A DNA stretch of 64,000 bases from Lama glama. Its lineage: Eukaryota. This document shows positions 52,815-64,000 of this stretch, piece after piece. Location of the stretch: the NCBI GenBank assembly GCA_028534125.1, contig CM052818.1:29886001-29950000 (forward strand), in the 5' to 3' direction. The number at the start of each line of letters is the position of its first letter. Position 1 is the first letter of the stretch. The notes beneath the pieces were generated by a model. It did not search any database and was not told the origin of the DNA. It saw only the letters and a list, made by a program, of their open reading frames with translations. A program made the position numbers and the translations under genes.

Positions 52815-53787
52815 CAACATAAATGTTGTGGAAGCCATGTGGCTTAACTTCTAGTGGAAATAAAATTTTAAATGGCCCCTGTGTTCAGGAATTATTGAAT
52901 GTAATACTTTTACCTGATACTTCAGCTATGATTAAGATCCTGGGGCATTGTAAACTTGACTGTCTGGAAGCCAGGGAGAATCATCCTGCCCATAATTCTG
53001 AAAGGAATGTTGCCCTTAAAGAGGCCAACAGCACCAAATCTCTGTCATGGTTCAAAGAGATATTTCTCCAAATGGTAACTTAGAAAAACTGGCTAGAGAA
53101 ACCCAATAGTTAGCCTCAAAAAAGGAAAAACAAGATTGGAAATTCAACAACTGTTGGTTTGATAAAAAGAGAAGCTCTGGTTTGGACCAAATAACTCAAA
53201 TCCTACAGGAGACTAAAATCCCCACTCCCCACCATTGTGCATGCATTAAACAATTAGTCTACTAACAAAATGATAGCCTTCATGAATCAGTATTGGTGAT
53301 AATTAAGAAGGCCACAAAAACCGCCTACCTCACTTGTCCCAAGTATAACCCAGGGAAGACTGCTGGTTCTGCTCTCAGACATTTTAAACTGCTTACTGGA
53401 CCATTTGAGGTCTGGCAAATAGGTTTCATACAACTTCCTCTGCCTAATGAAAATAAATATGGTTTGGTCCTGGTCTGTATGTTTTCATACTGGACCAAAT
53501 CTTTCCCTTGCAGGAGGCTACTGCCTCTTCTTTGGCTAAAGTCTTTTGAAAAAGATTATCTGGGAAATTCTTCAAGCTTCATAGTGATCAAGAGACTCAT
53601 TTTACTGGCCAAGTGCTTCAGCAAGTCTATGCTTCTCGGCCGGTTTTACAACACTTTCACCATGCTTACCACTCTCAATCCCCTGGTTTAGTGAAACACA
53701 TTAACAGCATTGTTAAGACTCAACTGGCAAAATTTGTAGAGGTCCTCCAAATACCTTGAGCTAAGGCATTGCCATAGGTCCTTCTAT
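52815..53787 (+). mobile_element. Degraded ERV1 (gamma-like) pol fragment: RNase H C-terminus and integrase
   Basis: ORF 52823 (LWK..LTSSGNKI...ELL..ILLP...IKI.GH.K) is RNase H-like. ORF 53293 (TCPKYNPGK...GPFEVWQ..FIQLP...KY.LV.VCMFS.W..FPCR) and the frameshifted SDQETHFTGQV...YHSQS.GLV are integrase-like. Several stops and frameshifts. Confidence 0.85.
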
Positions 53788-54570
53788 CACAAAGGAAAAG
53801 ATCAATAGATGATTTTGTAATAATTTGAAACTTCTATGAGAAAAATTAAAAATTAAAAGGCCATCTGGAAAAAATACAAATATGATAAAAAATCAACATT
53901 CTACCATACAAATAGTTCATTTATATTAAGACATCCTAAGATAATACACAAAAAATGGGGAAAAGGCATGAACCGATCATTGGCAAATACAAATGGCTAA
54001 TAAATACAATGTTGAAAAAATCCACACTAAAGCATATTTGATGATGATAGGTAAAAATTCCAGATTAAAAGAGTGTAATAGTCAATGCTGGCCAGGGAAT
54101 GGGAACTTTAATTGAAACTGGAAGTATGAATCAGTAAAACCTCTTTGGAAAGCAACTGGTCATTAAAAATATCAAACCCTTTGACCTAATAATTCTAGGC
54201 TTCACCATAAGGAAATAAAAGGTATAGACCATGTTCATTATAGCATTATTTATAATTAGCAAAACAGAAATAACCTAAATGTCCAATAGTAAGGGATTAG
54301 TTAAGTACATCCACATTATGCAGCCATTTTCTTTTTTTCTCCCCTCCCCTGGCCACCCCACCACTCTCCCCCCACCATTAATTTTCTTTAATGATAAAAA
54401 AGTACATAATGTATTGTTTAAAAGTTGGTAAAATTGTACATACAATATACTAATTGTATCGAAAAGAGAATTATAGAAAATAGACTAGAAGGAAAGATAT
54501 CAGAAAATTGTTTAATTTCACACTTCATATTTTTTCAGTATTTCCCCAATTTTCCATAATGAAAACATTA
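53788..54570 (+). mobile_element. Old L1 (L1ME-like) 3' fragment
   Basis: aaatggctaataaa...ctttggaaagcaac...tgttcattatagcattatttataat...aacctaaatgtccaatag. Confidence 0.7.
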
Positions 54571-55449
54571 AATTAGAAATATTGTAAGGCAAAAACCGCC
54601 CCCTACAAACTCAGTATTACTGAAACCAAGGGAACCTGAGGCCCTGCCATGTTCTGACCATTTTGCCCAAGACTGAAGCACCAGTGCAGCAGTTTGGGCC
54701 AGTCTTGCACCCTTGCTGCCTGTTCCAGCTCTGAGTATCCAGAGTCACTAAGGTCTGCACTGGGTCTACTCCCACTTCTAGGCAGATCCAGCAGGCATGT
54801 TTGATTCCATATTGGAATCTTTTGGTCTAACCTGTCTCATCACCTTCTAAGATTTGAAGCTTGTTTTAGCAAATGATACTGTTCCAGCATCTATGCATGA
54901 ACATAGCAGACTATTAACGCTTAATTGTGGAAAACTATCTAACACGGCAACAAATGCAAGTAGAAATTTGTCTACTAATCAGCTTTGCTTTAAGGAATAA
55001 ATAACCAGTTAGTAATGCCTCACTAGGAACCAACCCTCAGTTGAGTTGTTCAGCACAGGGCTGCTCAAGCCACAGTCCACAGGCTGCGACAAGTCGGCAG
55101 TGGGCTAAGTAGAAAGAGTAAGTGATGGCATGGTGTTGCAACATCTTCATTGTATTATATGAAGTACTGGTCTCTAACGGAAAAACCTTGGCCCTTCACC
55201 ACAGTTTAACACAATAAGTAGAATGTCTCACCTCACCCATCCTACCCTAAATAAACCAAATTATAGGACACCAAAGGAAAAAAAACATTTACAGTAACTT
55301 CTACATTCGTCTGACTTTAGAGATACTGGTCTTAATGCTAGAATGGTATCTAAGCTGTTTATTTCCATACTTCTCTTTAAGGTAACAACTTCATAGTTAG
55401 TTTTATGAACCGACCGATTGGCTTTCCCAGTTTCTGCACACTCTCAGAT

Positions 55450-56220
55450 CTAGGCCATCCTATGACTGCTGGCCTTTGCTCCAGTCTTCTCCAAGGCCTT
55501 CACACTCACCCTCTCTCCTGGCTCTTCAGCCTGAAAACATGTTGAAGTTATACCAAAAAAAAATATACATTTCCCCAAGTTCTGTTGATTTTCCCTTCCT
55601 CTCCACCCCTTTCATTGCCCTAGTTTATGACCACCACCTGGACTCTAGCATGGGCTCTCAGATGAGCTCCTTGCCACTGAAAAGTTGGCAGAACGATTTT
55701 CCTGAAACAGGACTGGACCAGGTTGCTCCTCTAATTAAAGCTACTGGAGAGCTCTCCATCACTATGGGATGTCAGAGCTCCTCAACAGGACAGACAAGCT
55801 CTTCCATGACCCAATCTCTCCAACCTTTCCAGCATCACAGCCTACATCCCACCCACCAGCTGTTCCCATTTTGCCTCTTGAAACTCAATAGTATCAAACA
55901 TGGTGCCATTAATTCAAGTTCTTCTTTTGCTCTCTTGAGTCTGGAATAACTTCTTTCCGCCTGGCTAACTTATTTATCCTCATCCTTCAAGACTCAGGAT
56001 CCTTCCTTTAGGAAGCTCTTCCTGACCATGGCACCTCAGTGCCCATCAACATTTTGCCTGAGATGTCCCTCCTCAATGCTCTCAGTAGTACCCTGTCAAT
56101 AACAGAATCAGAGAACTTACCATATTGCACTGACATTATGTTTTCATGCCTGTCACTCAACCCCCAAGTGCAGGAACTTGGGTGGACATAGCACAAAGTG
56201 AGCGCTCAAATGTTTGCTGG
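55450..56220 (+). mobile_element. L2 fragment
   Basis: Pyrimidine-rich L2 3' region (catccttcaagactcag...ggaagctcttcctgacc...gcgctcaaatgtttg). Confidence 0.6.
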
Positions 56221-56984
56221 CACAAAGACAAGATTTCAGATGGAAACAAATTAGACTAAAGTCTCAAATTTTAGATCTTAGACTTTGGTTTTTAAAAAAA
56301 CATGAATTAGACCTTACAGTACTGCTTTTATAAAGCTTTCTGAGGACTAATGATGTGGAATGGGGAAAATGATCCTACCTTACTGTAATGACTAAAAATA
56401 AAATCCAAAAATGGAGGCAAACAATACATTTAAACAGAAGCTTGTATCATCTATCCCTGACAGGGCACTGACAGACCAAAAAATAAAAAACCAAAAAGCC
56501 TAGAGGATTGATGACTGTGCCTTTTGCTTCTTATTGCTGATAATTTTACACTGAAATATAAGCTAGCATATATGTGAGTGATATTTGACTCTTCTTTCTC
56601 ACAAACTGAACTTCATTTTGTCATGCTTGGGGTAATTCACCAGCCACTAGACCTAACGTTATGTGTTTAAGAATCTCTGATTTCCTGGTCACACACTTAT
56701 CTCCTTTAAGGAGCTCTGTACCTTGTTGAGAAGGTATCATGGTCCCTATTTCCCCTTTTCCTTCAGAGGACAACTCACTGTCAGAATACAGCTTCTCTTT
56801 CTGGTCAGCTCCAGATTAAGGTTCCCACATGCCAGTTTATTTTATACAAATTCTGCCAAGAATCAAGCTTTTCCTTTGTGATAATTGGTCTTGAAAAAAC
56901 ATCCTTTCCTTTCCCACACGTAGGTCATGGAAGTGTTCAATTCTTTGTAGAAATAGCATTTCACACCTTTTAGAAACAAGACAT

Positions 56985-57955
56985 ACTAATACACCTAAGT
57001 CTTTATTTATTTGGCTCTAGGAAGAATTTGCATGAAAATGAGCCTATATGGCAGGTACAGAATGTACTGTAACAGCACCAGAGAGGTACATCCTCTCTGC
57101 TCTACAGAGCCTCAATGTTTAATACATACATGTGATGTTAGTAATAAAACCAGAGAGTCCAGGAAAAAAGGAGCCCTTTAGGAAAAATTCAGTTTAGCGT
57201 GACTTTTCGAATTGACCATTCCTTTTCATATGCTTAAATTCAAATAATGGATACATTCACAGGCCCAAATATTGGCATAGAATAAAATCATGTTCATTTA
57301 TTTTTCTGCATCTTAGAATTAGAAGGCATAAAATTAAATATGTTGAATGTAATAAATTCATTCATACAAGTGCAAGTCTCCAGCTATAATGCATTTTATG
57401 GCAGATTTATCATTTAAAAAATGTACCAGTAAATCAAAAAAGAGGGATTATGTCCATTTAACTTTTATTGAAGTGTATGTAGGAGTTCTTCAGAAATCAA
57501 ATGTGAGCATGAAGATATGGCCAAACATAAAATCTATCAAATTCAGTGAAAAGTTGCTGACTTTAAATAGTAGTTGTAAGAATGACCAATATATATTCTT
57601 TGTTAACAACCCCTCACTCTACAGTAAAAAAAAAATAATAATAAACATTCAGTAAACATTCTTTCCTAAGGTAGTTTCCCTTATATATCAGTGATTTATC
57701 CATTTCTTTGTATACACAAATTTGTTGAACATACCAATCAGTGGTTCTCACAATTGAAAAATAAAAGCACAAAAAAGTTTACACTCTTGTACAGGTAAAT
57801 AAAAGATCACCTTGAATTAAACTGGATCTCCTTAAGGGCGTAGTATAGTTTCAGTTTCATTACCTATTACATAATTAGTTTCTTACATACAAATATTGAC
57901 ATATTTGGCTTGTGCTTCAAAGCCTTTGTGTCTATGCAGTCCATGTCAACGCAGC
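56985..57955 (-). other. BIRC6: BIRC6 3'UTR (~1 kb)
   Basis: AU-rich sequence without recognisable repeats after the stop codon, ending near tandem AATAAA; cleavage position estimated. Confidence 0.75.
57002..57011 (-). terminator. BIRC6: BIRC6 polyadenylation signal (overlapping AATAAATAAA)
   Basis: Two overlapping AATAAA on the minus strand followed by GU/U-rich sequence (ggtgtattagtatgtcttgtttc). Confidence 0.7.
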
Positions 57956-58135
57956 TCATAATTTGAAGTCACTGGGGAGTTCTTTACTGCTGCTGGGCTT
58001 GACCTGATCATGCATTAGAGTCTCCTCAGCACCGGCTGTGGCACTGCACATCTCTGAGGCATCGTCGGCATCAGGGTCCAATCCTTCGGGACAGGGAAGT
58101 TTCAGCAGCTCTTCCCGGAGCTGAGCAGTGTGACG
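57956..58135 (-). CDS. BIRC6: BIRC6 last coding exon (RHTAQLREELLKLPCPEGLDPDADDASEMCSATAGAEETLMHDQVKPSSSKELPSDFKL*)
   Basis: Acceptor cctgcatag|, 59 codons plus TGA at 57958-57956; matches the BIRC6 C-terminus. Confidence 0.96.
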   Translation of the reverse strand, partial: RHTAQLREELLKLPCPEGLDPDADDASEMCSATAGAEETLMHDQVKPSSSKELPSDFKL

Positions 58136-58976
58136 CTATGCAGGGGAAAACGAGTGACGTTAAAACTGCAAACTCCGGGATTCCAGCACAACATCACTGG
58201 AGGGAGGAGTTGAATTTAAAACAAAGCCCAAAGTATTAGGCCTACAGATATTAATTGAGGACCTCCCTTATGCTAGCTACTGTAACATGCAGTGAACAAA
58301 ACTAGCAAAAATCTCTAACCTCAAAATAACTGATGTTGTTGATAAGCCCAGAGTACTGAGTAGCATGCACATTGCCTACCCATGGCCCAACCCCTGTAAC
58401 AGAAACAGCATTACTAATGGCTTACAGGACACCAGTCATATGCTATATATACTCTCTTAAATTAAAGAGAATAACCTCTTGACTTATAATACATGGAGCT
58501 CTGACTAAGTATTTCTGAGAGAAAGACAAGTCCATAAATATTTAAAATAAAACCACTGCTATTTTAGAGAATGAAAACAGTATTTATCAGGCCCTATGTA
58601 GAATGTTTGCAAAGTGTTTCATACTCATTATCTCACAAAATGCTTGGAATACACTTTACAAATACTTTCTCATCAGAATTTTTAAAAATGTAAGCAGATG
58701 AAAAAGAAGATCTAGAGTGATTACATAACTGTGTATTACCCCATACTGACACTTCGGGAAGGATGTAGAGGCGTTAATAGAGAGTGGCAGGTTACAAACA
58801 TCGTTTTAGTTTACAATTTTCTAGTGGGAGAGAAATGATCTCAAATCTTACACCAAGGAATCTGAAAATTAGTTGTGTCGATAGCTAACTTTGAAAATTA
58901 ACCAGCAATTACAGAACAAGGCACTGCATTCAACAATGTAAAAGCAATGAGTAAAATATGGAAGATACAGCTGGAT

Positions 58977-59090
58977 ACAGAGTCGACTGAACTATGCCAT
59001 TTTACCTAAGAGACTTGATCATCTGTGGATTCTGGTATCTGTCGGGGGTCCTGGAACTAATCGCTTATGTATATGGAAGACCAACTACAT
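58977..59090. mobile_element. MER2/Tigger-type terminal fragment
   Basis: actatgccatttt...gacttgatcatctgtggattctggtatctgtcgggggtcctggaac. Confidence 0.7.
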
Positions 59091-60884
59091 GATCTTTGAC
59101 CTTGCAGAGGCTAAATTTTGGTTGGAGGTGTAAGACATATAAACAAGATAAGACAGCTACACATTTGCAGCCATTTGTAAGCTTTCAATGTATATTTACA
59201 TGTTGGCAACTCAAAAATTCTCTAGCCCAAATTTCTATTCCACTGTGGATAACAGGAGAAAACACTAACTAGGGAAGAAGGAAAAATCTGACGACTATAA
59301 GGGCCCCTAGCTGAGGTGGGAATACTATGCCTTTATTGTGGCATGAAATTGAACAACTGCATACTTTTCTCAAGTAGTACTCAGCAGCAAAAGTATATTT
59401 GAAATGATAAAACACTGGATTGATGCAGAGATAGAGATTTCCAAATCAGGGTAACATAGAAACAACATAGTATAAGAATTTGACATATAAGCAAGACACT
59501 GACTGAAATAACAAAGACAAAGAAGCTGGACTTTAGCCACTGAGGTTTTGTGTAAGGAAAAGACATATCTTAACACACATTTGGGAAGGTTCAATCTGGT
59601 TATGTGCTATAAAAATAACTGGAAGGGGAAGAACCAGACGCAAGGAAGACTGAGCTATGGGAACTAAATAGGATAATGGGGAGGGGGAAATCCCTTATGA
59701 AGGCAGCTCTGATAGGGCCAACTACTGACCAGATAGGTAAATTAGATAAAGGGGGAGTTAAATAATATCTGAAGATTTTAAGACAGAGAAAAATTGTTTA
59801 AAATTAAGTAAATACAGAAAGTTAAGAAAACTTGACTAGAAGAAAGATAAGTTCTAATTTTAGATCTTCAATGAAGTAATGACATGTAAAATGCCAGTAA
59901 TATGATTTGAAGAAAGCTAAAAGCAGACAACAGCTTAAAAAGGCACTTTTAAAGAGTAAATGGACAATGTCAGGGGTATAGATACAATGACAGAGAAGGA
60001 GAATAAAATAGTCCGGAGAGCCAAACAGTAAGCCTTCAGGTACACAATCATTCAGAAAAAGGGGAAAGAAAAACATGCTGAAAGAATTAAGTGTGAGACA
60101 AAGAAGAGCCAACACAGCCTAGAGATGCACAGTCAGCAGAAAAGACATCAGACCAGTGTTATGAAGGTTTTTAAAAGGATGGCATTACAAGAGATTATAC
60201 TGAAATCACCTAGTTGAAAAGTCAAGGCAGGCTCCCACGAAGTGAAATTTAAGCTGAAAAGTGAACAGAAGTGAGCCAGTAGAGCAGGAAAAAAGCAGAG
60301 TGAAAAGTAAGCATTTATAAAAGCCTGGAAGGGAGAGAGGTGCGTGGAGAGGTGAGCCAGGGTCACTGGCTCTGAGAACTGGAGAGTGGGTAACTTCAGT
60401 AGAATGGAAGTTAAACTGCAAGATGTTAATTACTGAGAGGGTGGTTTAAAAAGGGAAGCAAAAGTGTTAACAGCTCTAGTTTGATAGTAAAAGAGAAATA
60501 TTTTTATAACAACAGGGACAAAATAAAACTAGCTTAGGAGGATACAAATGTTATGGAGAAAAATAATTTTTTTAAAAGGTTTTTATAAGGGAAATTTTCA
60601 AATAAATACAGAAGAGGGAGGAATATAAAATAAGCTCCCATGAATCTATCACCTAGCTTCAAAATTTATCAATTCATAGCCAGTCTTATTTCATCTATAT
60701 CCCCACCACTTCTCTCATTTTATTTTGAAGCAAACTCCAGGCATCATATGGGTTTTCATTCATTAACATTTCTGTATGTAACCGGAAAAATAACAGACAT
60801 TAAAAAAATTTAATGAAAAAGAACTAGTAAATCCTTATCATCATCATCTAATCATTTTAAGTGAAGATACTTTTAAAGTTAGAA

Positions 60885-61032
60885 GGAGGAGGGTATATAG
60901 CTCAGTGGTAGAACGCATGCCTGTTGTGTACGAGGTCCTGGGTTCAATCCCCAGTGCCTCCATTAAGGTGAAAGAAAGGAAGAAAGAATGAATGAGTGAA
61001 TGAATGAATGAATGAATAAAAGAGCTTAAAAC
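60885..61032 (+). mobile_element. tRNA-derived SINE with (GAAT)n tail and 12-bp TSD
   Basis: Family head; TSD aaagttagaagg at 60875-60886 and 61033-61044; in the last BIRC6 intron. Confidence 0.88.
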
Positions 61033-61639
61033 AAAGTTAGAAGGAAGAGAGCCAGCAGAAAGAGAAAACTGAACATCACTGGTGGAGGATAAAAGGAACA
61101 GAGCTGAGTAAAGGCAGATAAGCCAAGGCAGGCAAAAAAGGGTGGCTGTTGAAGGTATGATTCCTGCATACAAAAAAATCTCCAAAACCATCATGTTCTA
61201 CATTTCCATTCTGTGAATGCCCAAGACAACTGCTTGCCTCTCCCAGACAGGTCTGTCTCACAGACACTCCCACCAATCAGCGGTTGGAGGCTCTACAACT
61301 ACCATCCCCCTCATCACTCCAACAATAAAATTCTGGAAGGGAAGAGGCCCAGGGAAAAGCCGAAGGAATAAAAAGTCATTCATGGAGCATATTTTGTTGC
61401 CATCATCTTCAAACAACTCTATGAAACTCTGTTGGCTCTGTCCCTATACTCATTTCTAATTTTAGAAACTGTCAATTCATTGTCAAAAGCAATGTAACTT
61501 TTCTATAGGCTTTTGGGTAACATCTGAACTTAAAATAATAAATTTAATGTTTCTTTCTGGTGGCCATGGTTCTGTCAGTGAATACACAAATCTTGTTTTA
61601 AAGCCACCGACAAGGCCCCTGTTAGGGAGGGTCACTCAC

Positions 61640-61774
61640 CTTGAGAGCTGCTGCGTGGTGAGACATGGTTCTGCCTACCCGCTTATCACTGCTGTACTGC
61701 TGGATGTCCGCAATCCACTCCTCACACTGGGCCATGATTTCAACTCTTTTCAAGTAAAAATGTTTATGTATAAC
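61640..61774 (-). CDS. BIRC6: BIRC6 (Apollon/BRUCE) penultimate coding exon (VIHKHFYLKRVEIMAQCEEWIADIQQYSSDKRVGRTMSHHAAALK)
   Basis: Matches the recalled BIRC6 sequence just after the UBC domain. Acceptor ttcttaag|, donor AAG|gtgagt, 135 nt. Confidence 0.96.
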
Positions 61775-62889
61775 CTTAAGAATAAAACAAGCAAGAGAAC
61801 AAAATGTGTTCAGGTCAGAATTTAAAAGACAAAGTATGTGACATTCCAAAGAAATGAAATTTAAAAGACACTAATTTTTTTCTCTCCATAAAACTCAATG
61901 TGGTGAACTCTACACTAGTAACAAGGAAGAATAAGGATTATGACATCATGTCATGTGTTGAAATACCCAGTTCCATAGGAGAAAATGATGCCCAATCCCA
62001 CTTAGACATTTCAAAAATTAATCCTATCCAGAGTGTGCAAGACACACAGAATATAACAGAGTCAGAAGGTGAACGTAAATAAACGAATAACCAGGAGAAA
62101 AGTATTGATGATAGAAAAACTGTCAATTTCTATCTTTAAAATAGAACTCAAAGAATACCTAGATGAGTAAAGAGATTCTAAACGTCACAGGCATTTGCAC
62201 AGAAATCAGAATAGAGCCCTAAAATAGGCACTATTATTATTTTCTTTATTTGTCTTCTGGTTAATTTATGAACAAGATTTTATCCTATGAAGTTATTTTC
62301 CTTGTGATAAATGTGTTTTACATTTCAGATTTTTAAAATTATCTCTGAAACACTGATAAACTTTCTGAGTAAGTAGTAAGAGTCTATTTTTGACAATTTA
62401 AGCTAGAAAACAGATCAATTTGGAAATATTCTTCTGTATTCTGGGTAAGCTACTTAGTATATTGCCCAATGAACTTATCTCCCCTAAAGAAAAGGCAAAA
62501 ATACCCACAAAGGAAAAATCATGAGGAAAACCTGAGAATGGAGGTAAAATGTCAACAAGTTATTGAGTTACCAGAAGGATACTCTTTAAAAAAAGACAAA
62601 ACAACAACTATAAAAAACCAAAAACAAATCCTAAAGAATACAGAGTAGCAAGTTACAACCAATTGGGAAAATGAGAAAAGCACTGATAGACAAGGGGTAC
62701 TCCCTTTAATGTGAACTAGGTCTACAAGATGAGAAAGGATTATTGTTTCAAATTATACTTATTTACTTTTTATAAAAGTTATGCACCCCACTCTGAGTCC
62801 TGTGTTAAATTTATTCTTCTTCCAGAAGGAAGAAAAAAATTAAAGCATGAACCAACAAGTTATATTGACTGGTGTATACATTTACAGAA

Positions 62890-63540
62890 TTTTTTCAATA
62901 CATTTAAAAAATGAAGTTTAACATACACAGAAAAGTGCCTAAATTGTATGTGTACAATTGACTGTGTTTTCCCACAGTGAACACACCAAAATAACCTCTA
63001 CTCAGATAAGAAACATAACGTCACCAAGCACACCAGAGGCCTCGCTGCCACTTGTATATTTCTCACCATTAACCCTCCATTAATCCAAAAGTATAACTAT
63101 ACTGACTTCCTTAAGTATAAGTTAGTTTCACTCATTTTTGAACTTTCTATAAATGGAATCATATGGAATGTATTCCTTGTGCCTGGCTTCTTATGCTCTG
63201 TATTATGTTTATGATGTTTGTCAATGTTAATGTGTGAAGGCATTTACTCATCTACGTTGCTGTATTCCATTTTATGAATATCCCTTAATTTGTCCATTTA
63301 TTTTCTTGATGGGCAATTGGACTGTTTCCGTTTTTTGGAAATTATGAATAATGCTATAAACGTTTTCTGCACCCAGTATGTATGTAATTACTACTGAGCA
63401 TATACCAAGGAGTGGAACTGCTGGTCATAAAGCATGTACTTAGTTTATTACTTGCCAAAGGGTTTTCCAAAGAGGCTGTGCCTATTCATATTCCCACCAG
63501 GAAGTAAATCAGAGCTCCAGTTGCATCACATTCTAACTTC
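62890..63540 (-). mobile_element. Old L1 3' region, antisense
   Basis: ataaatggaatcata...tggcttctt...gatgggcaattggactgtttcc...aggagtggaactgctggtcata...attcccaccag. Confidence 0.75.
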
Positions 63541-63589
63541 TGGTATCAAAAGCCTTTAAACTCTCAAATATGATGAATAGGTAGACAAG

Positions 63590-64000
63590 AGGCAGACAAT
63601 GTAGAGTTTTGCATGTTAGGGTAAGGACTCTGAATTTTCTTCTTCATTTAATGGGAAGTCATTGGAGTGAGATGATCTGATTATGTGGGGAGAATCATTG
63701 AAGAAGGGCAAAAGTGGAAGCAGGGAAACCAGTTAGGAAACTACTTCAACAATTTAGGCAATAGGTCATGGTGGCTTGAAACAGGCTGGCCAGGGTAAAG
63801 ATGTTTCTTTATTACCAAATTTTGATTATGTTTTGAAGGGTGAAGCTGAATTTGTCAACAGATTGAATGTGGTATGTGAGAAAAAAAACAGGTGGTCAGG
63901 GTTTTGGGCTTAGACGATGGTGCTTTTACTGAGAGAAGAAAGGAAGGAAGAATCAAGAGTGCAGTTTGACAGTGCTATGCTTGAGGTGGCTATGATACAT
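63590..64000 (-). mobile_element. L2 fragment
   Basis: ggtaaggactctgaatttt...atgggaagtcattgga...gtggaagcagggaaaccagttagg...atggtggcttgaa. Confidence 0.65.

Noticed and set aside
55476..55949. 157-aa ORF in the intergenic region
   Set aside because: Lies within a decayed L2 element, non-ATG start, no protein signature.
57950..57958. Stop-codon read-through at the BIRC6 TGA
   Set aside because: Context is TGA-GCT, not the TGA-CTAG read-through motif.

Overview
Mammalian genomic DNA, very likely camelid (alpaca/llama/camel), judged from the tRNA-derived SINE family and the L1 3' ends. Two protein-coding genes lie in tandem on the minus strand, in the same order as human 2p22. BIRC6 contributes its last two coding exons and 3'UTR (~57.0-61.8 kb). 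About 6 kb further on are the CpG-island promoter and coding exons 1-9 of TTC27 (50,780 down to 15,050; 1,131 nt = 377 codons, all GT-AG introns, frame continuous); TTC27 continues past the left edge. The rest is intronic or intergenic: SINEs (several with target-site duplications, TSDs), L1, L2, MIR, DNA-transposon relics, an LTR-less ERV pol fragment and microsatellites. I found no novel multi-gene system. The best leads are (i) a single unpaired arm matching the human MIR4765 hairpin at the apparently orthologous intron position, (ii) a strong-Kozak uORF in the TTC27 leader, (iii) a probable retroposed 3'UTR fragment, (iv) a dense AP-1/ARE/NF-kB motif cluster in intron 9 and (v) inverted SINEs bracketing a frame-preserving exon 8-9 pair. 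Exon coordinates were read base by base; repeat boundaries and subfamily names are approximate and from memory, and no database was searched.
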